Notes under the pieces: model-generated | Database searches by the model: none | What the model was told of the DNA's origin: nothing | Seen by the model: the letters and a program-made list of their open reading frames with translations, nothing else | Made by a program: the position numbers and the translations under genes | In this document: positions 25,697 to 38,662 of the stretch, one piece after another | Layout of the letters: each line of letters begins with the position of its first letter | How positions within the stretch are numbered: the first letter of the stretch is position 1 | Source: Felis catus | Taxonomy: Eukaryota | Assembly: GCF_018350175.1 (NCBI RefSeq) | Contig: NC_058368.1 | Location: forward strand, 176,454,001-176,518,000 | Reading direction: 5' to 3' | Length of the DNA: 64,000 bases

Positions 25697-27102
25697 CCTC
25701 TGGGCTACGGTGTGTGTTACACGGGAGCTAATGTCGCCAGCGGTCTCTGCTTTGAAATCTGCCAGTGCTGCTTTCTGTCTGGGAAAATGAAAAAGAGAAG
25801 GATGTTGCTTTTTTTTAAGTCAGAGAGCTATCCCTTACTGCTATCCCTTATCCTACTGTCATGTTGCCTTTCTCTCCTCTTGGGAAGGTGGCTTTGCCGG
25901 GGCCAGGACTTGGGTGAGGGATTGGGTATTTGCCTACCTGTTAGTCAAAGAAAGCTGTCACAAGGGACTGAGAGATGGACCCAGTGATGGTCTGTCTTGT
26001 GAAGAGCCTCCCCAGCTTATCCTGGAGCAAGTCAGCCCAGTGTCACCTGTCCCGTTCATTTCTACTGAAACGGCTCTATGAACACTCACCCCCGTTGTGG
26101 ACTTTGGTGTGTTGATAATTAGGTAGCTTACCAATGGTGTGCGTGTATGTGTTTGTGGTCCTGGACAAGTGTCTCTTCTTCGCCTTGTGTCCCTAACGTC
26201 CCAGCTGGTGTGGTCTGTGACCTGTGTCAATAAATACCTGCCAAATAAAGGAACCTGAATAGACAGCACTGTTTGTGAGATGCTGACTCCAGGCCCTGGG
26301 CTGAGGGCTCACTGGCTCTGCCTTATTCTCTCCCTTTAGTGAGCTCTGTAGGAGATGTCGCTGCTATTCTCCCGTCCCCTAGGTGAGGAATGGAGGAGGT
26401 TCAGAGGCCGAGGAGGTTGAGGTGGGCGGGCAGCACAGTCACTTGTACTCTGCCCGTCCTTCACTCCCGACACCCCTGCACTCCAGGAGCTGACCACCTG
26501 CCCCCGGGCTTCCCGTGAAGCCATGGGTCCCCAGGATGGACATCCGTGACCTTGAGAGCATGTGCTTCACTTCTCTGGGCCTGCGGTTGTCGGGGGACAA
26601 ATAGTGATCATGACACTAACTACTGGGTTTAGTGCTTGCTATGCGTTACCGTGCTGGGACTTTGCACTGTGAACTCATCTCATCCTCTCCCAGGTGAAGG
26701 AAGTCCTATTATTATTCCGTTGACACACGTCCTCCCTGTCACTGTTCTGCCCACAGGCTCCTGCCCTACTCAGAGGAGAAGCCCAAGCACTCTGAGTGCC
26801 CACCAGCCCTACAGGGGCCGGCCCGCTCCTGCTCCATCACACTGGCTTCTGCCTTCTCTTTCTTTCTCTCTCTTTCTTCTTCCCTCCCTCCCTCCCTCCC
26901 TTCCTTATGCCATATTTCATCCAGACACAGCAGATTCCCTAACCAATGTTTCCATTTAGCTTATTTCTCTCTTCTTACTTTTTATTCTCTGCCAACCTTT
27001 TAAAAGAAAGAGTACGTTGTTTGCTCACTTAGTTCACCTGGAAGTGGGCTTTTCTTCCTTTAGCCCAGCATTCTCTTATGTATAGGATAAAATTGCATTA
27101 TT

Positions 27103-27322
27103 TAATTTTTAATTTTTCTTTTACATTTTTTAATGTTTATTTATTTTCGAGAGAGTGCGAGCAGCGGAGGGGCAGAGAGACAGGGAGACACAGAATCTGA
27201 AGCAGGTTCCAGGCTCTGAACTGTCAGCACAGAAACCGACGTGGGGCTTGAACTCACGAACTATGAGATCATGACCTGAGCCGAAGTCAGACGCTTAACC
27301 AACTGAGCCACCCGGGTGCCCC
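27103..27322 (-). mobile_element. Can-SINE
   Basis: TSD AAAATTGCATTATTT at about 27088-27102 / 27323-27337. Confidence 0.93.
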
Positions 27323-27704
27323 AAAATTGCATTATTTTAATACTTTATACTTTTTCCATGCTATCTCTTTTTTATTACTTTGACACTCATGTAGGTCTCA
27401 AACATAGATCTTACTAATGAGATCAAATTCTCTTTCTATTCATAAATTTAGCAAGACTTTGTTGAGTCCCATATGAGTTGCATTTTGTTCTAGGATTCTG
27501 AAAATAAATACTAAGTAAGGGTCCTCAAGAAGTTTATCCCAAAGTGGAGAGACCGATATCTAACCCTTACACAAAGGCTGTGCCATTGTACTATGACCCA
27601 TGGTTCCCTATGGCAAAAGTGTGGCATCTATCCCAGCTGTCACAGCTCAGGAAGGGCTCCTGGACCACGTGTAAGCTGAATCTCAACCTGAAACCTTGAA
27701 CTGA

Positions 27705-30320
27705 ATTTTTGTAATAGCTTTATCGAACTATGTTTTAAATATCATAAAGTTTATCCTACTTGAGGATACAATTCAGTGCTTTTTTGGTAACGTTACCAAG
27801 GGGTGCAACCACCCCAAAAAATCCATTTTAGAATGTTCTCATGGCCCCCCAGTATGGTCTCTCCCTCACGCTCATTTACAGGTAATCCCTGTTACCACTC
27901 CAACCCTAGACAAACAGTCATCTACTGACTGTCTCTATCAATTTGCCTTTTCTGGATGTTTCACATCAGTGGAATCATACACTATGTAGTCTTCTTGTGT
28001 CTGGCTTTTTTCACTTATTATAACACCTTTGAGGTTCATCCATATGGTGGCACCTGTCATTCATTCATTTGTTCTTTTTATCACTGGATAGTGTTCTGAT
28101 CTATGGATTTGCCACATATTTTCCTATCCACTGATCAATCGGTTGACGGGCATTTAGGTTGTTTCCAATTAGGACCTATTATGAATAATACTGCTATAAA
28201 CACTGACTCATAAATCTTTCTGCGCATATGTTTTCGTTTCTCTTAGTAGACACCCAGAAGAGGACTTGCTGGGTCATGTGGTAAATTTATGTGTAACTTT
28301 TTGAGGACCTGCCAAACTATTTTCTGAAGATGCTGCCCCATTTTACGTTCCCTCCTGCAATGTGTGAGGGTTCTGTTTCTCTAAGTCCTAGCCACATTTG
28401 TTATTGCCTGTTTTATTTTATTTTACTTTATTTTATTTTAATTTTTTTAAAGTTTATTCATTTTTGAGAGACAGACAGAGCATGAGTGGGGGAGAGAGGG
28501 AGGGAGACACGGAATTCGAAGCAGGCTCCAGGCTCTGAACTGTCAGCACAAAGCCGGACATGGGGCTCGAACCCACAGACCACAAGAATGTGACCTGAGC
28601 CAAAGTCAGACGCTTAACTGACTGAGCCACCCAGGTGCCTCATTATTGCCTTTTTTTAAAAAAGAAATTATAGTGGGTGTGATATAGATCTCATGTCACA
28701 TTTGCATTTTCTTTTGTTTTTTTTAATGTTTATTTATTTTGAGAAAGAGAGAGAGAGCTGGGGAGGGGCAGAGAGAGAAAAGGAGAGAGAAAATCCAAAG
28801 CAGGCTCCCCACTGTCAGCGCAGAGCCCTATCTGATGAACCCACGAGATCATGACTTGAGTCGAAACCAAGAGTCGGACACTTAACGGACTGAGCCACCC
28901 AGGTGCCCCACATTTGCATTTTCTTAATGACTAATGATGTGGAACACCTGTTCATGTATGTCTCGGCTATTGGTATATGTTCTTTAGAGAAATGTCTGTT
29001 CATATCTTTTGCTCATTTGTTGGATTAAGTTGTTGTTTTCTTCTTATTGAGTTGTAGAAGTTCATTGTAAGTACGGGATACAAGTCCTTCGTGGGATTTG
29101 CTTTTGCAAATATTCTGTCCCAGTATATTGTCATTTCATTTCCTTAATCGTGGCTCTTAAGTACAAAAAGCTTTGAATCGTGATGAATTTCAATGTATTA
29201 ATATTTTATTTTATAAACCATGCTAAAAAATGTTTGCCTAACCCAAGGGTTTGAGGATTTTTTTCCTATGTATTCTTCTGAAAGTTTTATTGCTTTGGCT
29301 CTTACATTTAAGTCAATGATCCATTTGAGTTCATTTTTTTTGTGCGTGGTGTGAGGTAAGGGTCTAAGTCCTTTCTTTTGCATATAGATGGGTAGCCAAT
29401 TGTCCCGGTGCTGTTTGTTAAACAGATTATCCTTTCCTCCAATGAACTACTTTGGCACTTTTGTCAAAAACTGACCACGATGTAAGGGTTTATTTCTGGA
29501 CTCTTAATTCTGTTTCGTTGATCTATTTAGTAGTCCTTACATAACCAGTACCACACTATCTTGGCAACTGTAGCTTTGAAATCAGCAAAAGGAGGCCCTA
29601 CAACTTTGTTCTTCTTTTTCAAGAATTTTCTGGTTGTTCTAGGTGATTTTCACTTCCATATACATTTTAGGATCAGCTTGTCAACGTCTGGGAAAAAAAT
29701 CCTGCTGGAATTTTGAGATGGATCATGTTGAATCCATCGATCAGTTTGGGGAGTACTGCCATTTTAAGATCAAGTCTTAAAATCCAAGAACATAGCAATG
29801 TCTCTATATTTATTTAGACTTCCTTGATTTGCCTCAGTAAAGTTTTACAATATCGAGTGTAGGATCTTACACTTCCTTTGTTACATTTATCCCTAAGCAT
29901 TTTATTCTTTTAGATACTGTTAGGAGTGTATTCATATATTTTTAAAAATTTTTAACGTTTATTTATTTTTGAGACAGAGCACAAGCAGAGGAGGAGCAGA
30001 GAGAGAGGGAGACACAGACTCTGAAGCAGGCTCCAGGCTCTGAGCTGTCAGCACAGAGCCCAACATGGGGCTCGAACCCTCAAGCCGAGAGATCATGACC
30101 TGAGCTGAAGTCAGACGCTCAACCAGCTGAGCCACCCAAGGAGCCCCAGGAGTGTACTTATATTCTTAATTTAATTTTTGGCTTGTTCATTGTTTGCAGG
30201 TAGAAAAAAATTGATTTCTATACACTGTTTTTGTATCCTGTGACCTTGTTGTGCTTTTAGATTCCTTGGGATTTTCTACATATGCATACCATGCTGAGAA
30301 TAAAGACAAGTTGTACTTCT
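27705..30320 (-). mobile_element. L1MB-type LINE (3' end plus degenerate ORF2), with three inserted Can-SINEs (about 28420-28641, 28714-28908, 29940-30147)
   Basis: L1 ORF2-like remnant peptides (NRHFSKE..., ELKWIIDLNVRAK..., YVENPKES). SINE TSDs are ttattgcct, cacatttgcattttctt and aggagtgta. Confidence 0.88.
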
Positions 30321-30339
30321 TCCTTTTTTCCTCTTTGTT

Positions 30340-30570
30340 GTTTCTTGCTCCTGTGAAGTCTATTCCTGTTTTGGGATGCCTGCCTCGATTGTCCTTCCTC
30401 CAGATACTCCCTGGCTCACTCGCTCCCCCCCTTAGGTCTTTACTTCTTGTTGAGGCCTTCCTGGAACACCCTACTGAAATCAAACCCCTTCTGCCCACCC
30501 CCAATGCCTGCCCCACACTGTATAACCCTTCTCTTGCTTTATATTTTTCACAGCACTGACCACTTCAGAC
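30340..30570 (+). mobile_element. L2 fragment
   Basis: ggctcactcgctccccccttaggtctttact...gaggccttcctggaacacc. Confidence 0.55.
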
Positions 30571-31799
30571 TTTGTACCTCTCCTCTGTCAAGACGGTCCC
30601 AAGAATTCCAAGAATGAATAATGTATCTGGAAGGAGGGCCCAGGCTGATATCTGGCCAATGTTGGGTGAAGGAGTGTCCAGAAGGAGTTTCCTCTGGGGC
30701 GCTCAGTCCCCTGCCCCACCCTTCTTGGCTGGGAAGGGAAAGGTCTCTCGAAGCAGATGGGATGACATTCAGGAGGCATTGGGTGGGGGTACTAGCAGCT
30801 GCCAACGACACGAAGTTGAAGGGCATATCCACACGTGCCTGCCCTGGACACCCCACCCATACCAAGAGAAGGCCCTCGGGGATCCACCCAAAGCCTTTTT
30901 GCACTTGCCTTCTCCCGGATAGGAAATGCAGGTGCAGGGAGGTGGGGAGGACGGAGGAGGTTTCCCAGGGCCTCCTCCAGCCACCCATCCTGGTAGAGGG
31001 GATTCCGCTTTTGGAGACTCTACTTACTCCCTTACGACCAGGAAAATACACTCCCTATTTGCATGGGATTGAGAAACAGGGTCTCTCTGCAGCCCCTCCC
31101 ATATCTGAAGTTGCCGCAGAACTAGGATTGGGGTCGGGCAGGGGGGCTCCCAGACCAGGCGTAGAGGCGCAGGGGGCTGTGGCGGAAGAAGCCCCTGACT
31201 AGATGCCAGGCAATCCTGGATCTGGTCCTGCTCTCGGTTTGTGCCGCAGAGTGAACTTGAGCAGGAGGAGTTGAGCCCTCCAAACCGAGCTTTCCGCCTC
31301 TACCAAATGGATCTGAGGAAGCCACCCAGGGGTGGGGGGCTAGACTCCTGCACTCTGGGTCTTCATTTCTTCATCTGTACACTCAGTACTCCTCATGGGC
31401 TGGAGGCTCCAAGAAGATATTATCCGTCAAAACAATTTTTTTATCGTAGTAAAACACACTCAATATGAAATTTGCCATCTTAACCGGTTTTTACGTGTAC
31501 AGTTCAGTGGCATTAAGTACATTCACCTGTTGAACCCCAAGAAGATACAGTCCTTTAAAAAGTCCTGTTCATCCCCCACCCTTCCCCCTTGTGACCCACA
31601 CCTGTGCTCGGTGTCACCTCTGCCCTTGTTCCTGTCGCCCTGAGAGGTGCCATGATTTAGGGATTCCTCTCTCTCCCAAGCTGGGGTGATGTTACAGAGT
31701 GGCGCGGCAGGGCCAGCCGCCATGGGCGACGCTGTTGGGGCAAACTCGGGGCATCACTGGTTGGGTCCTGGTGGGCTTGTGGTCCAAAGCACACACTGT

Positions 31800-32010
31800 A
31801 CATTTCAGCTCATTCATTCAAGTCACTTATCCCTCCTGAGAGCTTTGGGGGAGGGCACCACTGTTATCTCCATTTTGGAGATGAGGAAACTGAGGCAAAG
31901 GGAGGCTATGGGACTTGCCCCCCAACACTCTGCCTTGTCACGTTACTGGCAGAGAAGGGATTTGAACCCAGGCGCTTGGGCAGGGCTGCACTGCTGTCCT
32001 CTAAATCATA
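31800..32010 (-). mobile_element. MIR
   Basis: ctccattttggagatgaggaaactgaggc...gggatttgaacccagg. Confidence 0.8.
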
Positions 32011-32694
32011 AACCATTTGAACTTAAACTTTTTACTCGATGCCAGCACTCTACCCTGTGAAATTTACTATGAAAGTGGTCCAATTTTGCTTCCATTGCAA
32101 GTTCTCTTCTATTCGCACACCTTCATTTAGAGAACCCTAGAACCTTCTCCACTGGCGGATTGCTAAGTGAATCATTCGGTTGAATGCACAATTGCTTTAT
32201 TACAGTCCCCTTGTCCTCGATTTCCAAGTGGTGTCTGAAATTACTGAATCTAAATTAGAGCGCAGAATATTAGCCCTTAAAAATAACCAGTGCTTGTAAG
32301 AGTCATCAGAAAGATCCCTGTTAACTCTTGGGATGACTCATTAAGTAAAATAACTGGGTCCAATTTAAGGCTGTTTCTCTCTAGCCTATTAAGGATTCTC
32401 GGGGTCTGGGATACATATCAGTTTAAAATCAACCAGCAGAGTTGGGAGAGTGCAAACCTCCATGGATTTGACAGTTACCAGATTGCTGGGGGCTTGGTTT
32501 CCTTGTCTGTAAACGGGGACCACTTCATGGGGATAGTACGAAGATTAATGAGTTGGCTGTCTAAATAGTGCCTGGCCCCCACAGTAAGCATTAGATCATG
32601 TCAACAATTATTACTGCCTCAGCTGAGCTGGCTACCTTCACGGACAGCTTTGGTTCACCAGGAGTTCACCTTGAGGCCATGTGACTGGACCCCA

Positions 32695-34480
32695 TCTTTT
32701 ATGATGAAAAGTTTCAGGCATACAAAAAGGTTGGAAAACTATCATTCATAAACAGCCTTACATCCATGACATAGACTCAACAGTTGTTAATGTTGTGCCA
32801 TTATCTTGTTTATTTGTGTGTTTTCTTCTTAACATTTAGAGGAAGTTGCTAACATCATGACCTTTCACTGAGAAATTCTTTTTTTTCATGTTTATTTATT
32901 TATTTATTTATTTAGAGAAAAAAGCACGTGTTCGCGCACAACTTGGGGAGGGACAGAGAGGGAGGGAGGGAGAGAATCCCAAGCAGGCTCTGCATTGTCA
33001 GCACGGAGCTCGATGCTGGGCTCAACCTCACAACTGTGAGATCATGTCCTGAGCCAACATCAAGAGCCCAGATGTTTAACCCACTGAGACACCCAGGCGC
33101 CCCTCACTGATAAATTCTTCAGCATGCGTCCTTTAAGAAAAAGATACGCTCCTAAGCAGCCACCAAAGGTAATAATTCCATAGTATCCTCTAACAACCAG
33201 CCCATAGTCAAATTTCCCTGGTCTCAGCAGAGGGGTGCCATCAAATTTTGGATTTTTGCCAATCTGATGGATGAGTCTCTCAGTGTAGGTATACTTTTCT
33301 TGTCTCTTATGATTACAAGTGAGAATCTTTTTACATGTTCAAGGTCCTTCAGCAATTCTGTTTCTGTGATCTACCTGCTCATGATTTTTGTCCATTTTAA
33401 GATCATATTTTTGCTTTTTCATTTTTACTTCTAATCACTCCTTATATATTGGTGAAATTAGCCTTTGTTTTTAAGTTACAGATTGTCTCCCATTTGTATT
33501 TTTTTAAAGCTTTTCTTGCTTATGGTTAGGTTTTTGTTTGTTTGTTTGTTTGCTTTGCCATGAAAAGCTTTTTAAAAACTTTAATTTTATGTAGTTGAAT
33601 GTTTCAACTTTTTATTTTATTGTTTCTGAATTTTGACTCCTAACTCAAAAGGAGTTATATCCCTATCACTTCTGAGCTATGAAGGAATGCCCTCAGTTTT
33701 CTCCCCCAAGTTGTAAGGTTTCATTGAAAAAACCTGAATCTTTGGGGGCACCTGTGTTAAGTGTCTGACTCTTGGTTTCAGCTCAGGGCATGATCTCATG
33801 GTTCGTGAGTTCAAGCCCCACGTGGGGCTCTTTGCTGACAGTGCAGAGTCTGCTTGAGATTCTCTCTCTCTCCTTCTCTCTCTGCCCCTCCCCGTACTTG
33901 TGCACTGATGTGTGTGTGCGCGCGCGAGCTCTCTCTCTCAAAATAAATAAATAAATTAGTTAAAAAATCTGAATCTCTGGTCCATTTGGTATTTATGTTT
34001 GGTCTGAAGTTTGAGTCTACTTTACCTTTTGTTTTTCAAAATGGCTATTCAATTGTCTCAGGGTCATTTTTTTTTTTTAAGCCCATCACGTCCTAGTGAT
34101 TTGAGTTGTTACTTTCGCCATACGTCAAATTTCCATTTGTAGTTGGGCAAATTTCTGGATTTTGGATTCTGTTCCATTGCTCTGTCTATTCATGTTCCTA
34201 ACTATACCATTTTAATTGTAGAGACTTTATGGCATTTTTAAATATCTGGTAGGGATAACTCCTACCCCGCTGCCCTTCTTTTTTAGTTTTCCTGGCTATT
34301 CTTGATTATTATTTCATATCACCTTCAGAATCAACTTGCTTAACTCCAGGGAAAAAAATTAAAAAAAAAAAATCTTCAGTACTTTCATGAAGAGCATGTT
34401 AAATGGATCTCATATTTACATGAGCCAAATGGACATCTTTATGGTATTGAGTCATCCGATCCAAGAACGTGTTATTTTCA
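32695..34480 (-). mobile_element. Old L1 (L1MC/ME-like) fragments, with Can-SINEs at about 32881-33103 (-) and 33743-33966 (+)
   Basis: L1 3' motifs; SINE TSDs tcactgagaaattctt / tcactgataaattctt and ctgaatct. Confidence 0.75.
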
Positions 34481-34506
34481 GGGGGCTCTTTTTGGGGGGC
34501 ACAGGC

Positions 34507-35180
34507 TTTAAACAGGTTGACTTGTGTCGCTCCCAAAAGGTATACTGAAGTCCTAACCCCTGGTACCCAGAATGTGACCTTATTTGGAAATAGAGTCTTT
34601 ACAGAGGCCATTAAGTTAAAATGAGGTCATTAGGCTAGGCCCTAATCCAGTATGACTGGTGTCACTCTACAAAGGGAAATTTGGACACAGACACGAGCAC
34701 AGGGAGAGCACCACGTGAAGGCAGACATCAGGGTGATGTCCCTGAAAGCCAAGGAACACCAAAGACCTTTAACAAGCCACCAGCCACCAGGAGAGGGGCT
34801 TGGAACAGATTCTCCCTCATGGCCCTCAAAAGGCACCAGCCTTTCTGGTACCTTGGTCTTGGACTTTTGGCCTCCAGAACCGTAAGACAAATTTGTTTCT
34901 GTTTTTTTGTTTTTGTTTTTTTGTTTGTTCATTTTAAGAGAGAGCCAGCACGAGACAGGGAGAGGGGGAGAGGAAGAGAGAAAGAGAATCCCAAGCAGAC
35001 TCCATACTCAGCGTGGAACTTCATGCAGGGCTCAATCCCACGACCCTGGGATCATGACCTGAGCTGAAATCAAGTCAGATGCTCAGACCAACTGAGCCAC
35101 CCAGGTACCCTGACAAATTTGTTTTTTTAAATCCACTTGGCTAGTGGTGCTTTGTTACAGCAGCCCTAGCAATATACTAG
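34507..35180 (+). mobile_element. MaLR solo LTR (MLT1B/C-like), with a Can-SINE (-) at about 34912-35110
   Basis: gaagtcctaacccc...agaatgtgaccttatttggaaatag...aagccaaggaacacc...tttgttacagcagccctagcaa; SINE TSD gacaaatttgttt. Confidence 0.88.
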
Positions 35181-35920
35181 AGCCCACTTCTCTTAGGGCA
35201 GGAGGGAGCCGTCCACCCACTACTTCAGGACATGGGGCAGCATTTGTGTGCTTTCCTGTCCCTGACCCTAAGCAAGCCCAGCCGGGTCTGTTTCTTGCCT
35301 GCCTGAGGTTGGATGTGTGAGCCAATGAATGCATTGGAAAGCTGGAGGTGTGACTTCACTCTCAATGGGTGGCCAAACCCATTGAGGTCAAGGCCAATGA
35401 ATGAGTCATCTGTGCAATGTGGCTCAGTGAGTCAGGGAGCGTCAGGCAGAAAGCCCAAGTTTGGGGCCTTTTTTCTCTTCCCTTTCCTCTGGAACCTAGA
35501 ATCAGCCCCCTAAAAGTCATCAACCCCAGAAATAAACAGTGAAATAGTGTAACACATCACCTTCTTGACACACCCATTGTGTGCTGGGGAAAGATAAGGA
35601 CAAAGGACTTAGAAAACAGAGAGAAAGAGTATGAGGCACCCAGCCGTGACACTTACTTGCTGTGTGCCTTTGGATGGGTTAGTTAACTTCTCTGGCCTCG
35701 GTTCCTCTGTCTCTTCACATGGGGGTTGGTAATATTACCTGTCGGACAGGGTTAGTGTCACCACACAAGGAAATGAACACAAAGGACTTAGCAAAGGGCC
35801 AGGCTCAGAGCAAGAACTCAACAGAGATTGGCAACGATTATGAATAAGAACTGCCCCTAAGTAATGTACCCACAAAGGCAAAACTGTGATCCACAACTGC
35901 CGAGTTTTCACCTGTGATTC

Positions 35921-35935
35921 TGAACATTCTGCAGG
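35921..35935 (+). promoter_or_regulatory. Candidate GRE (3/4-site type), about -6.4 kb
   Basis: TGAACA ttc TGCAGG; contains GAACATTCTG. Confidence 0.45.
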
Positions 35936-37086
35936 TAACTCCTTCCCTTCCTTCCCTCAGGGAAGAGTTTGGAATAGACCAGCCATGATCTCATTTGCTC
36001 CCTCCAACATTAATTAGTGTCTTCTAATTATGAAAAGGAAATTATGTCTCAATTCATACTCTAAGAGAAATTAACAACAGAAAGGTGTCATTTCTTAAGG
36101 TGGCGTCAGTTCTCCCCCGCCCGCCCCCCCCAGCAGCCTGGGGCGTGGCTTGGGGCTATGTTGGCAAGCTGTGTCCTCGGCTCAGGGACAGGTCTGAGTC
36201 ATGGAGGCCCTGCTACTTCCTGGTCCTGTTCCTGGGTTCATCTTCACGGGTTTGTTCAACAACCCTGCTTTGAGGTTTGTGCTGGGGACCAAGAGAGGCA
36301 AAGAAACCGTGTCCTTGCTCCCAAGCTAGTGGGAGAGACAGAAATGGTCAGCTATGGAGACCGTTCAACACAAGATGCTGGGGCTTCATCTGGTCCCACA
36401 GCAAATCTGAGAGTTGGTCTCTTGGGTTATTGCTGCCCCATTTTACAGGGGAAGAAACTGAGGTTTCCGGAGGAAAGTGTTCGATAATCAAGGCCCATCT
36501 CTCAGAGAGACATTTTATCCAGACATTTCTATTTCACATCAGTCCTTCTGTCTCCAGGTAGACCTCCCCTTCTTTGGGTATCTTTCCCTCATAACCTTCT
36601 CCCAGCTGGGTGAGGGTCCCTTTTTTGGCCTCCCCAACCTGTACCCTGGCACTTAGCACCTGGCTTGTACTTACTTACTGACAAGTGTGGCCCTCTGTGA
36701 GAATGTTTGTTAATTGAATGACGGCAGTGTTTTAATTTCTGTCCATCGCGAACCTTTTACTTTGCTGTATTCTACCGGATCTAAGATGTCAGCAATTCTA
36801 AGTCTCCCTCACTAGTTTATGCACCATTAAGAAAGAAAAATGCTGCTAATTAGCTATGTAAATTAACTATGCTATGCTTCTGATCGTAAGTCATGTAAGG
36901 AATATTAAAATATAAAAAGATGTGCCTTAGATTCCATGAGATATATTACAAAAATCAATCACTGCTTTTAAACACACCCTAGGGGAAGAAGATGCTATAA
37001 ATATCCACATATTAATAATAACAAAATTTACTAAACACCCTCAGCCAGGCATTGTTCTAAAGCACTTTTCATTCATGATCTCATAT

Positions 37087-37417
37087 CAGGGGTTGGCAAA
37101 CTTTTCCTGTAAAGGGACAAAGGTAAATATTTTAGGCTTCGGGAGCCAAAAAGCGTCACAACTATTTACCTTCCACTGCGGTGCGAAAACAGCCGCAGAG
37201 GATATGGAAACCAACAGGTACGCGTATGTTCCATAAGACTTGATTGACAGACACGGGAATTTGAATGTCATACAACTTTCATGTATCACAAAATATTATT
37301 CTTGTTTGATTTTTTCCACAACCGTTTGACCTATAAAAACCATTCTCGGCTTGTGAGTTGTACCAAAAGAAGGAGTGGGCTAGATTTGGGTCAGGGACTG
37401 TAGTTCAGTGACCCCTG
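37087..37417 (+). mobile_element. MER58-type hAT-Charlie MITE inserted in a MIR
   Basis: TIRs CAGGGGTTGGCAAAC ... GTTCAGTGACCCCTG; 8-bp TSD TCTCATAT / TCGCACAT. Confidence 0.85.
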
Positions 37418-37753
37418 TCGCACATCATGAGAAAATTGAGTCTCTGAGAGGGTAAGTAGCTTTCCCAAGGACACACAGCTTGTGAGTGGTCAAGCTGGGA
37501 TTCTAACCCAGGCAGTCTAACTTTGTGTCTTGTCTTTAACAAGTTACCCTAAATAGAGTGACTATGGTTTACCCTAAATACGGGTGCCCTCTCATGTTTT
37601 TCACTCTTTCTCCTGATCATAATAGTTCCACTCTTGTGCTGAAAAATTCGAACCACACAGAGTTATAAGGAAGAAAATGAAAGTAACTCCACCCTCCAGA
37701 GCTAAATGCTTACGGGCGTTGGACACACAGCTTTCACAATGCTGACTAGATTT

Positions 37754-37768
37754 AGAACATTCTGAACA
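37754..37768 (+). promoter_or_regulatory. GRE (3/4-site type), about -4.6 kb
   Basis: AGAACA ttc TGAACA, with C/EBP-like TTTCACAAT at 37732-37740. Confidence 0.7.
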
Positions 37769-38477
37769 CTGTGTGACTTTGGAGAGGTTGCCTAACCTCT
37801 CTGGGCCCTTGTCTCTCAAGTGAGGGAGCTGGCTCCCATGACGCAGCCCTGCAGGCCCTCTCAGGCCTGACCCTGGATTTGTGTTTGTAAGGATTGCACA
37901 AGAGCAGCTGGCTCTGTCCTCACTGCTTGGGTGTGGAGGTGAAGTCACCCATTGCCAGCGCCTCAGGATGGGTCAATTAGTCGCCTCTGGTGGCTCCCCC
38001 AAATCCCAAGCACTGAGTGACTTCGGACAGCAGGGACACCGGGGCCTGACTCGGGTGTCCTAAGAGGTTCAGGCTCCCTCCAGGGATGGTGCCAGGAAGC
38101 CTTCTGCCCAATGAATAGAGCTCCAGGCAAGCAGGGAGTCAGAGACTTCAGCCAGCAAGCCTGGGACGGAACGGGCACAGGCAGAGGCTTAATAGACGGA
38201 GGCTCCTGCGGCGGGAGGCCTGGGCCCCATTCCATCTCTCAATCAGACAGGGGCAGGGTTTGGATCTGTGTCTGATGATCACCAGCTGCGTGACCTTGGG
38301 CACATTCCCTCTCTGAGCCTCTCTCCTTGCCTGTGTAACGGGGAGAATAACCATCTCGGGGGATCACTGATTAGTTCTTCAGATGATACTGTAATGAGCT
38401 GGCACAGAGGAGAGGCTTAATAAATGGCCGTTTCTGTCCCCTTCTCTTCATATACTTTCCGAGAGTATGCTTGTATC

Positions 38478-38662
38478 TATTTATTTTTAAATGTTTATTT
38501 CTTTATTTTGAGAGGGGGGGGGTGGGGGGAGAGAATCCCAAGCAGGCTCCTCGCTGCTGGCACAGAGTCCAATGCAGGGCTTAGGCCCATGACCCATGAG
38601 ATCATGACCTGAGCTGAAACCAAGAGTCATACGCTTAACCCACTGAGCCACTCAGGCGCCCT
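38478..38662 (-). mobile_element. Can-SINE
   Basis: gagaatcccaagcaggctcc...gagccactcaggcgccc. Confidence 0.9.

Noticed and set aside
34578..34587. Perfect CArG CCTTATTTGG (also CCATTTATGG at 22693-22702)
   Set aside because: The first is a standard part of the MLT1 LTR sequence and the second lies at a MIR end; neither has supporting motifs.
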